This document shows positions 56,409 through 64,000 of a stretch of 64,000 bases of DNA, one piece after another. Every line of letters starts with the position of its first letter. Position 1 is the first letter of the stretch. The notes beneath the pieces are model-generated. The model was given only the letters and a program-made list of their open reading frames with translations, was not told the DNA's origin and searched no databases. Position numbers and translations under genes: made by a program. Origin of the DNA: Giardia intestinalis (lineage: Eukaryota); assembly GCA_000002435.2 (NCBI GenBank), contig CM018793.1. One strand, 5' to 3'.

Positions 56409-58253
56409 TCACTCGTATATAGGGTATGGCAGCGACGAGTATATGGCGTAGAATGTCTCCCCGATCTTTTCGCCAATCGTGAGCCAGTGCTTCGGGGTAT
56501 AAATGACAGGCTTTACAGTCCGCTCATCTGCATCGGTCTCGTTATCTTCATCATCTGCCTCTTCGAGGAGCCGGACGTTGAGATCTGCATGGTCGAGGCT
56601 AGGGTCGGGTCCATGGGAGTTTGTGACCTCCATCCCATAAACGTATGGCCCATTGTCCTGGCAGTATTGCTTCCCTAGTAAATTGAAGATTCGCCGCAGA
56701 CTCCCTGGAGTGTCCCGAAGCTGAACCCCTACCTTATCATCTTGACGTATAGCTCCAAAGGCCAGACACTTCTTGGCAAGCAGAGTCGGAAAAACTAACT
56801 CACATATGTGTCGCCGGTTACCACATAAGACACATGAGTCGGGGTTATAGAACAGGAACCCGCCGCTGAGACAGCTATGAGAGTGCAAGTCTAATACATA
56901 ATCTAGTCGCAACCCCGCCAAGATCTCTGTGCCAGGCTCCCAGGAAATGGTCAAGTCATCAGATGTCTTGATCGATCGCTTAAAAAGGGATGCTGATGAT
57001 GTCTGAGGAGGGGTGACTGTGTCTCCCCGGACTGCCCCCGACTCTGGAGTTGTTGGTGCAAAAAGGTCCTCCGTTAGATTAAGAGACGAGGCTACATCTA
57101 AAAGAGACTTGTTTAGAATCTGCCGTGTAAACCCCGATTCTGCGTCTTCTTTTCTAGAATACTGTGCATAGCCTTTATACGAGAGGATTAGATTGAGGAA
57201 CAGTCTGCGCAACTTGTAGGCTTCCTTGTGGAACTCAAGGCTAGGATTCTTATAACAACGATTGAGGTCATAACCAGACGCATTTGCCCGGTAGTTCCCA
57301 GCTGAGCACCCGTCTGGATTCACCATCGGGATCAGAATAAACACGACCTTTTCCCGCAAGAACTTTGCCCGGGGATCATTAGTGGTTAGATATTCTAGTA
57401 GTCCATGCATAACAAAGGATGATGGGACTTCTCCTGAGTGTACTCGGGCTGTTACTAAAACGACCCTCTTGTCCTTGGTCTGCCAGCCAAAGTTAGTGTT
57501 GATTGACCTGGGAGAAGTGTGCATTGATGTAGTCCCAAGGCCACTTGCTCCTGCTGCAGTTGCCGTCCCCACAGAGCTAAGGGCACTGGCAGCACGGTTG
57601 GCTCCGGTACTCACTGAACTAGAAATGTTAACTGCTGATGTTGACATGCCACCACGAGTGAAGTTGGATGAGCTTCTATCTACGGATACTACCACTGGTG
57701 TGCTTGTGCTAGTTATTGGCTGCATGGTGTGAATGTCTTGGCTAATAAGAACCACCTGTATATCGTTCCCAGCAGTGGTGCGTCCTAAGCTGACTATCTT
57801 TGTGTAACTAAGGCGGTGGTCTTTTATGCGAGCAAGAAACTTTGTGAGCATGGAGTAAGTGTAAGGGTATGTGAAGGCAAAGAAGTAATTCTCGTCTTTA
57901 TCAAATTGGAAGAGAAAGGAAAGCACTCGGGATTGCGTCTTTAGTTTATGCCGTGGCACCACGTTTCCATACCAGCACAGGGACTTCGGGATGTGCTCCC
58001 ACTTCGTTCGTGATGTAGACCGCACGAGTGGTGTTTGCTCTGTCTGGAAGGTTGTAGTTATCTTACTGAAGCCTATGATGTGAAACAGAAAGGGCTTGTT
58101 GATGACTATAGAGTTTACGCAGAAGTAGAACCAAAGGCAGGAGTTTGAACCGGCATCCGGCCGGACATATAAATCGTACTCACAAGGACTTATCCGTTCA
58201 AAGGATTGTAGATTACCTCCTTCAAATTTAGCCTCAAAGTTTAGATCTAGCAT
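56409..58253 (-). CDS. M14-family cytosolic carboxypeptidase (CCP/Nna1-like, candidate tubulin deglutamylase).
   Basis: The catalytic-core segment ARVHSGEVPSSFVMHGLLEYL...FILIPMVNPDG...YDLNRCY matches the CCP subfamily signature (ARVHPGE...NPDG). An FxP-containing N-domain lies upstream. Confidence 0.7.
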   Translation of the reverse strand: MLDLNFEAKFEGGNLQSFERISPCEYDLYVRPDAGSNSCLWFYFCVNSIVINKPFLFHIIGFSKITTTFQTEQTPLVRSTSRTKWEHIPKSLCWYGNVVPRHKLKTQSRVLSFLFQFDKDENYFFAFTYPYTYSMLTKFLARIKDHRLSYTKIVSLGRTTAGNDIQVVLISQDIHTMQPITSTSTPVVVSVDRSSSNFTRGGMSTSAVNISSSVSTGANRAASALSSVGTATAAGASGLGTTSMHTSPRSINTNFGWQTKDKRVVLVTARVHSGEVPSSFVMHGLLEYLTTNDPRAKFLREKVVFILIPMVNPDGCSAGNYRANASGYDLNRCYKNPSLEFHKEAYKLRRLFLNLILSYKGYAQYSRKEDAESGFTRQILNKSLLDVASSLNLTEDLFAPTTPESGAVRGDTVTPPQTSSASLFKRSIKTSDDLTISWEPGTEILAGLRLDYVLDLHSHSCLSGGFLFYNPDSCVLCGNRRHICELVFPTLLAKKCLAFGAIRQDDKVGVQLRDTPGSLRRIFNLLGKQYCQDNGPYVYGMEVTNSHGPDPSLDHADLNVRLLEEADDEDNETDADERTVKPVIYTPKHWLTIGEKIGETFYAIYSSLPYPIYE

Positions 58254-58301
58254 TAGGCGCCCGTTCTATGGCTCACTGACCTTGAAAGTCAATTTTATAA
58301 G

Positions 58302-59234
58302 ATGATCCGGATAGCCGGGTTGTTAGCCCTTACTCAGCGCTCTGCGCTTCTTAAAGTATCCAGTGGTAACGAGCGCCCTGGAGACCGCAGTTATAATGTT
58401 TCTAAAAATGAGGAGCACATGTTGACAGGGGCGACTGAGAGAGTATTTACTAAATTGCTGATTGAACACCTCCCTAAACAATGCAAGTCACACTACTGGT
58501 CATTTCAGGACCTAATGAATAACGATGTCAAGGGGGCTATATCTTCAGGAGAGCCTGCAGCTGCCACCTTCATTTTCTTCTCAGGCTTGGAACAGGTTGA
58601 CGTCACCACAGAGCTCCTTGCAAAGCTCGATGAGCTATTATTTACACACGAACATCTAGCCATTGTGTGTTTTATCACCTCTGAGCTGATACCCTACACA
58701 TTTATGCGATTCTTCGATATATATGAGGATCTAAGCGCGTTGGCAGGTGGTGAAGACCTGCAAAACCATAAGGTGTGGAGCCAACTTTCAGCTAAGTTAA
58801 GGGAACAGACAGTGACTAATGATAAGATTGATAAAATACCGATTCACCCTAAACTCACAGATAGTATCTATAGTATCGTAATGAGCATTCAATCAACTGT
58901 CTTTTATCATGACGTGTTACTACTTCCTGCAGACGGAGAAGATGGCGCGCCGAAAACCTTTGAGCTGACACCCGTTAAATTAGATCTCTACTTAATAAGA
59001 GTCATTGAATACTGGGCCAGGGCGATTGCATACTATGACACCCTTCTGAGCTCCTCCCCCCTCAGGCCAGTTGTCCTTCCAGCTCACGTCTCTGAGGCTC
59101 GCAGACTGGTGTTAACCCATAGGGTGGCCACACTCCCTCTTACTGAGCTCACACTCGAAGAAAGAGGCCGGATGCCAGAGTCCTTCGCGTACCTTTACAG
59201 GCTCCGTGCGATGCTTGAAGCTCTGCCTTTGTAG
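58302..59234 (+). CDS. Hypothetical protein (310 aa).
   Basis: Complete ORF. An AGTAAAC poly(A) signal at 59263-59269 lies about 28 nt after the stop. Confidence 0.5.
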   Translation: MIRIAGLLALTQRSALLKVSSGNERPGDRSYNVSKNEEHMLTGATERVFTKLLIEHLPKQCKSHYWSFQDLMNNDVKGAISSGEPAAATFIFFSGLEQVDVTTELLAKLDELLFTHEHLAIVCFITSELIPYTFMRFFDIYEDLSALAGGEDLQNHKVWSQLSAKLREQTVTNDKIDKIPIHPKLTDSIYSIVMSIQSTVFYHDVLLLPADGEDGAPKTFELTPVKLDLYLIRVIEYWARAIAYYDTLLSSSPLRPVVLPAHVSEARRLVLTHRVATLPLTELTLEERGRMPESFAYLYRLRAMLEALPL

Positions 59235-59262
59235 TCATCGCTAGGGCACAGACTAGTATAAG

Positions 59263-59269
59263 AGTAAAC
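59263..59269 (+). promoter_or_regulatory. Giardia poly(A) signal AGTRAAY for gene 58302-59234.
   Basis: agAGTAAACtat, downstream of the TAG stop at 59232-59234. Confidence 0.5.
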
Positions 59270-59413
59270 TATCGGAGTGGGTAGGTAAAGGAAGGTTGAA
59301 GATACATGTTCTTTGTACGTATAATAATCATAAGAAAAAGTACATTTAATATAAGACTAAACGTATAGCAAGGTTGCTAGTCAACACTTTTCTTCCGGTC
59401 TTCTATTTGAGCT

Positions 59414-60250
59414 ATGTCACGCTTTCCAGAGGTCGACGAGGATCTGTGCATAGGTTGCAATGTGTGCGTACAGGGATGTCCCACTCAGTGCATAGAGGTT
59501 AACGCAGAAACGAGGAAACTTGTCTTCAGAGCCAAGGAGACGTGCATTAGTTGTGGACACTGTGCGTCCGTTTGCAGGACCGCAGCCATATCGATGTTTG
59601 GCATCCTACCAGATACCGTCGAGGAAGAAATCATGGCAGACAAGCCTGTAGTACGAAGCATTAAGATGGCAAGACAGCACAGGTTTTTCAGGTCAACATC
59701 CATTTCACCACAAGAGGTCTTAAGGATTCTCAATATAGCGAAGTACTCTGGAGCCAATGCCTACAATTCCGCCTTCCATTTTACCGCCGTGGACCTCAAA
59801 CGAAACAATGTGGATGCGGTCATTGAGGTGTTTGTGACTGCGCTATCGAAAACTTCAAAGTATGCATGGCTGCCCAAAGTACGCGCACATGGAGGTGACC
59901 CCATTTTTCACGGTGCACCCTGGCTTATCTTGATATCGACAGGACACAATGAGGATGATCCTAAGGATGATGGTCCAGGTCTAGATGCATTTACACAAGC
60001 TCACATGCTATATCGGGACCTGCAGCTTCACTCAGAGATACGCGGATACGGGACTCACTTGTGTAGGATCCTTCAGCCCCATCTAAACGATGTTCAAAGC
60101 CTGTCTGACTCTTGTCCAAACATATTTGATGTACCTCAGTCGCACACCGTTCTCCTCGCGTTTGTTCTGGGAATTGGGGCTATGAAGTACCACAGGCCAC
60201 TTCTCCTTCCAGACTTAGTCGAAGGCATAGACGTAACGTTTGTGGAATAA
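59414..60250 (+). CDS. Ferredoxin-nitroreductase fusion (Fd-NR; Giardia GlNR-type nitroreductase).
   Basis: N-terminal 2x[4Fe-4S] ferredoxin motifs CIGCNVCVQGCP and CISCGHCASVCR, followed by a nitroreductase-fold domain. This is the architecture of Giardia nitroreductases GlNR1/GlNR2. Confidence 0.75.
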   Translation: MSRFPEVDEDLCIGCNVCVQGCPTQCIEVNAETRKLVFRAKETCISCGHCASVCRTAAISMFGILPDTVEEEIMADKPVVRSIKMARQHRFFRSTSISPQEVLRILNIAKYSGANAYNSAFHFTAVDLKRNNVDAVIEVFVTALSKTSKYAWLPKVRAHGGDPIFHGAPWLILISTGHNEDDPKDDGPGLDAFTQAHMLYRDLQLHSEIRGYGTHLCRILQPHLNDVQSLSDSCPNIFDVPQSHTVLLAFVLGIGAMKYHRPLLLPDLVEGIDVTFVE

Positions 60251-60340
60251 GCGAAGTAAACCATGAAGAGGAACTGAAAAGTGGAAAATGCAAAAATTGT
60301 ACACACCTCAGGGTAAACAGAGACCAGCGCTGAATGCCGA

Positions 60341-62743
60341 ATGAGTCCTAAATCTGGAAAAGAAGTGAAGAATTTATGCATAACCCTCCCTACGACTACT
60401 ACGTTGCTTGGCGACGAAATAAAGAGCATCTCTGATAATGTCGTTGTGCAGGAGACTGCCCTTCGTTTTCTAGACTCCGCATCTGTCTCCCCTACCGCAA
60501 AAAGCATACAATCTGCCTCTTCATTTTTCCGTGACGCAATGACGTGCGACCCCAAAAGCGTGCAATCCTCTCGGCGCAAGGGGGATTATGAAATAAAGTT
60601 TGTTGTTGGTGCTGAGAAGGATCCGCACAAGGACCAGCTAGCCGCCCTATCTCGAGGTCAAGAAGCAGAGGATGCTAAACGACGAAAAATTAAGCGCTCT
60701 GTACGCGTAGAACAACCAGTGGACAAATTCAATGTCACAACTACTCCATTCTTTAAAGCATACTATAAAATCGGCGCCCAGTCCGGTGTAGAGCGCATTA
60801 GTGCGGATACTGTGAGTCTTCCCCCTATAACCAGCAAGATACAAGTCATTGAGAAGTTCACGGAGCAATCAACTGCACATTCAGGTAGCCAAAAGTCCTT
60901 GACATTGTACCCTGGGAAGGCTCCTACATCTGTTCCAGATCTCAAACATGGCCGCATATCCGGCATACTGCTAGCCTCAGCAGCTTTCCAGTCTTACAAT
61001 TATGAGACAGAAGACGTCGAAAAAGCAACAGATTCTCCATCCCAGAAGGTGGACGCAATTGCTGCATATGTGCCTAGTGCTACAATTAACGATATCCGGG
61101 AAATGAAGCGGATATACACACAGCTGGAAGAGCTCTCGGATGGCAGTGGATATACGTACTGTGTAGGTGGACTTAGCTTCCATGAGATAATGATACGCAT
61201 TATAGCGCCAAGGAAGTCACGGATTCTCCAAGACGAGCTCTATACCTTTAAGAAAGGAGTTCCCTTCAATCCCGTTCGCCGGAAAATAATAGCACTGTGC
61301 CAGCAAATTGCTTTCGAGCGTGGCGTCAAGGCCAGAGAACTCCTCTTTGACAATAAAGTTAGAATCTATCCAAAGTCCTTTGATGATGTCTGGCCCTTGG
61401 GGGTTGCAGAGCTCATAGCCATAACCGGTATTTCTGGAAAGTATTCATCCATAGAGCACGTCAACCTGCCTGTAGGATATGGGTCTGATTGCTCCACCAA
61501 GTCATCTACGCAAGCTTCTGGAACTAACCAGAACTCTTCTCGGCGTGGCCAGACTAGTCAACTCACCTCTCAAAGACAGACATCTCTAAACCAGCAGACC
61601 ACCCAGGCAACGGGCTCCAGAAACATAAAGAAGGACCCCACCTTTCCACCAATGGAGCTCATCTACTCTATTCAGGATCAGCTTCTTAAATACTTAGAGT
61701 CACTCTTTCTGCGCAGTGTCCTAGAGCTTATTGAAGCCTTAAAAGATTGCGGCACTCTTACCAACAACGACCCAGTGCATGTCAAGTTATTGGACATCTA
61801 TACTAAACACTGTTTCAATAAGCCCCCTTCACCGGTTACAGATCCAGATGGAATTGAATGGGTCTCCTGCCACATAACAGAGCGGGTAGCTGGTGGTCCA
61901 TCATTTAGTGATATCTATCGCTATCTAGAGGGCTTTATTATGGTAGCTAACTGGAGCACCCTGCATAGCGGTGTAGCCCTAGACTCTGATGAGCGCTCCA
62001 TGCTCTGCACAAAGATCATCTCACCAATTACAGCTGCCCTAAGTTTATGCATTTCTCGCTTCTTTCTCCACGTCTACGTCGAGCCGCTTGTGTCTGTGAT
62101 GACAGAAGCCGATATAAAGAGCCAGATCCGCGAAGCTACTCTTTCTAAAGAAAGCGCCACTGTGGACGATCTTATCCTCGATCTTCTCCGCCGCGAAGGA
62201 AAGGCTCTGACAGAGCTAGAACATTCAAAGTACAAAAATCGCTACTATCGCCCGTTCATGAAGAGAATCTATGCACAGAGGGAGGAGGCAATTGCAACTA
62301 GTTACACGAAGGAACAAATACACAGCATTCATACCCTGATCAAGAAACTCCGAGATGTAAGTGTTTTACCGGATATAGTCACAGAGTCAGGTGCTCGAGA
62401 GCTCATAGAGTACGTCAGTAGCATAATGCTCAACATGGATATGAGCACCCTCTCGACAAGCCTCTTTCGTGTGCTCAGGGGGAAGTTCTTAACGAAGTAC
62501 AAGTCCACTTGCGCAATTCCGACGCCCTTAATTCTACGAAAGCATCTTGCATATCATGTTCACATTTGCATTTTGGCGGCCAAGGTTGCTGCCATAAAGG
62601 TTATTGAGGAGATCTATCCTCTACATGTACACACCCATGTAGGCAGAGTATTCGAATATGACGCCTTAACACAGATTGACCTTATCATAGATTCCACAGG
62701 CGTTCTCACAAGTAGCCTAAATAAGTTTATAAGCAGCACATAG
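60341..62743 (+). CDS. Hypothetical protein (800 aa).
   Basis: Complete long ORF with no motifs recognisable by eye. Confidence 0.5.
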   Translation: MSPKSGKEVKNLCITLPTTTTLLGDEIKSISDNVVVQETALRFLDSASVSPTAKSIQSASSFFRDAMTCDPKSVQSSRRKGDYEIKFVVGAEKDPHKDQLAALSRGQEAEDAKRRKIKRSVRVEQPVDKFNVTTTPFFKAYYKIGAQSGVERISADTVSLPPITSKIQVIEKFTEQSTAHSGSQKSLTLYPGKAPTSVPDLKHGRISGILLASAAFQSYNYETEDVEKATDSPSQKVDAIAAYVPSATINDIREMKRIYTQLEELSDGSGYTYCVGGLSFHEIMIRIIAPRKSRILQDELYTFKKGVPFNPVRRKIIALCQQIAFERGVKARELLFDNKVRIYPKSFDDVWPLGVAELIAITGISGKYSSIEHVNLPVGYGSDCSTKSSTQASGTNQNSSRRGQTSQLTSQRQTSLNQQTTQATGSRNIKKDPTFPPMELIYSIQDQLLKYLESLFLRSVLELIEALKDCGTLTNNDPVHVKLLDIYTKHCFNKPPSPVTDPDGIEWVSCHITERVAGGPSFSDIYRYLEGFIMVANWSTLHSGVALDSDERSMLCTKIISPITAALSLCISRFFLHVYVEPLVSVMTEADIKSQIREATLSKESATVDDLILDLLRREGKALTELEHSKYKNRYYRPFMKRIYAQREEAIATSYTKEQIHSIHTLIKKLRDVSVLPDIVTESGARELIEYVSSIMLNMDMSTLSTSLFRVLRGKFLTKYKSTCAIPTPLILRKHLAYHVHICILAAKVAAIKVIEEIYPLHVHTHVGRVFEYDALTQIDLIIDSTGVLTSSLNKFISST

Positions 62744-62817
62744 CTCTAGTATCAAGAAGAAAGCTATTTACATATATGATTGATTCCTAAAGCTCTGAAA
62801 AAGAAGCCCATAACACC

Positions 62818-63360
62818 TTAAAACATCGTGTCCTGGTCACGCAAGAATTCCCCTACGTCTGCCTGGTGAATGACAATTTTACTGGCAGGATCAGAGTTCA
62901 GTGCTTCGTTCCCAGATTTTGTCGTGACTCCGAACCCAACGGGTTGATCATCGGCGCTGACAATTACTACGCCAGCGTTGTCTGGAATTCCTTCACTCAT
63001 GTGCGTGATGTGGGACTTCATCACATCATTTTTATAAAGAAATGACAGCTCAGAAGCGGGTGTTATGCGAATCCTATAGGGTGCAAAGACCGCTAGTAGG
63101 GGAAGTGCCGTGATCTTAATGTGAAACTTCTTATGGTGTGTGAATTTTCCGATAAGCAGGCCAGAGCCAATGAGCTGCTTTCGGGGGATGTTCGAAGCCA
63201 TTTTCTCGAGCTGCTGTGACATGTAATAAACTCGATCTTTCAGAACTCTGAACACGTACTTTCCGTCATTTCTGTCAATGAGTTTCTCGACGTTCTTTCC
63301 TATGTACTTAGCCAGCTTGCCAAAGACGGTTTCCACCTCCTCTGGCTTCAGCTCACGCAT
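62818..63360 (-). CDS. NIP7: 60S ribosome biogenesis protein NIP7 (PUA domain), 181 aa from the Met at 63360. The listed ORF extends to 63513, but the extra 51 N-terminal residues look non-native.
   Basis: MRELKPEEVETVFGKLAKYIGKNVEKLIDR... matches the NIP7 N-terminus (MRPLTEEE..VF.KL.KYIGENL). The C-terminal PUA-like region is ...GFGVTTKSGNEAL. Confidence 0.75.
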   Translation of the reverse strand: MRELKPEEVETVFGKLAKYIGKNVEKLIDRNDGKYVFRVLKDRVYYMSQQLEKMASNIPRKQLIGSGLLIGKFTHHKKFHIKITALPLLAVFAPYRIRITPASELSFLYKNDVMKSHITHMSEGIPDNAGVVIVSADDQPVGFGVTTKSGNEALNSDPASKIVIHQADVGEFLRDQDTMF

Positions 63361-63532
63361 TTTTAATTCAATTGTTAATCTTGATTTACTGGATCTGCTG
63401 GAGGCCACGAAACCATAAGTCTGAGCCTTCCAAGCATCACCGGTAATATGTAATGATTTTGAAAGGTATATGCACCATGCATAAATGGTTGTGAGAGGAT
63501 GCCTACATCTCATCTGCAGATCGAAGCAAGTT

Positions 63533-63769
63533 CTATTCCTTCTGCTGGCTATATGGATCCGCTGTCATGAAAAGGATATGGTTGCTACGAATGAGCATCT
63601 CGTTAAGGAAGCTCTTTTGAGTGCCGGATGTATAGGTGCAATCTACAAGCAAGACGTTGCAGCGGTCGTCAATGCTTATCGTGAGCCCGCGAGCAGTCGC
63701 ACCATTGTCTAAACGCACTAGCACATGGGTGGAAATAAGGCTTTGAACGTATTTGTGCACCTCACTCAT
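63533..63769 (-). CDS. Sm-like (LSm) protein, 78 aa.
   Basis: Sm1/Sm2-like segments VLVRLDNGATARGLTISIDDRCNVLLVDCTYT. The plus-strand ORF 63485-63712 is antisense to it. Confidence 0.5.
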   Translation of the reverse strand: MSEVHKYVQSLISTHVLVRLDNGATARGLTISIDDRCNVLLVDCTYTSGTQKSFLNEMLIRSNHILFMTADPYSQQKE

Positions 63770-63777
63770 TTTTTCAT

Positions 63778-64000
63778 TCAGGTTGCTTCACCAGCGATAC
63801 GAAGCTCTTTCAAAGCGCGATTGTGAGCCATTCTTAGCTGCTCTCTAGTCAAGACTCCCTTTTGATAGCCAACTAGGCTTCCTGTCAACTCCATAAGAAC
63901 ACCCATGTAATCCTTGTCAACAGCGCAATCTCTGAATGTATGCTTTGGAGTAAGATTGATGATGGTCCGAGCATCATCCAAGATGTTTTGGGGAATTCCC
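63778..64000 (-). CDS. Hypothetical protein. C-terminal portion (at least 67 aa) of a gene that may extend beyond the right edge of the window.
   Basis: ORF terminating at 63778 with an open frame reaching the window edge. No assignable motif. Confidence 0.3.
   Translation of the reverse strand, partial: GIPQNILDDARTIINLTPKHTFRDCAVDKDYMGVLMELTGSLVGYQKGVLTREQLRMAHNRALKELRIAGEAT

Noticed and set aside
63485-63712. 75-aa plus-strand ORF near the right edge.
   Set aside because: It is antisense to the LSm-like ORF 63533-63769, which shows an Sm-fold motif. The plus frame is Cys/Leu-rich with no motif.

Overview
This window appears to be a gene-dense nuclear fragment of Giardia intestinalis (lamblia/duodenalis). 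The assignment rests on three things read from the sequence: two variant-specific surface protein (VSP) genes with CXXC and GGCY motifs and the Giardia-specific C-terminal ...CRGKA tail; two NEK-type protein kinases fused to ankyrin repeats; and a high-cysteine membrane protein (HCMP) gene. Genes are intronless and tightly packed, with very short AT-rich intergenic regions, and several carry the Giardia AGTRAAY poly(A) signal a few nucleotides after the stop codon.

The most striking structure is a ~19.2 kb palindrome. Two apparently identical 6,156 bp inverted-repeat arms (18511-24666 and 31585-37740) each carry a complete VSP gene plus a NEK kinase-ankyrin gene. They flank a 6.9 kb spacer that contains a ~1,680-codon HCMP gene split by a -1 frameshift. 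The arm boundaries fall inside coding sequence: within the VSP signal-peptide codons at the inner edges, and 291 bp into an unrelated gene at the outer edges.

The rest of the window contains recognisable housekeeping genes:
- a partial polytopic membrane protein at the left edge
- an HhH-GPD DNA glycosylase-like protein
- a PPP-family Ser/Thr phosphatase
- a HAD hydrolase
- an L-asparaginase
- an ARF GTPase
- a TRAPP Bet3-family subunit
- a leucine-rich-repeat (LRR) protein
- an alpha-giardin (annexin-like) protein
- a GltD/SudA-like FAD oxidoreductase
- an ankyrin protein
- a longin-like protein
- an M14 cytosolic carboxypeptidase
- the ferredoxin-nitroreductase Fd-NR
- NIP7
- an LSm protein

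There are also several large proteins with no recognisable domains. One of these is a ~1,100-residue signal-peptide/TM surface protein built from about 15 glycine-rich GG[LAIF][IVA]G repeats followed by an EGF-like cysteine module. No rRNA or tRNA genes, CRISPR arrays or transposons were seen.
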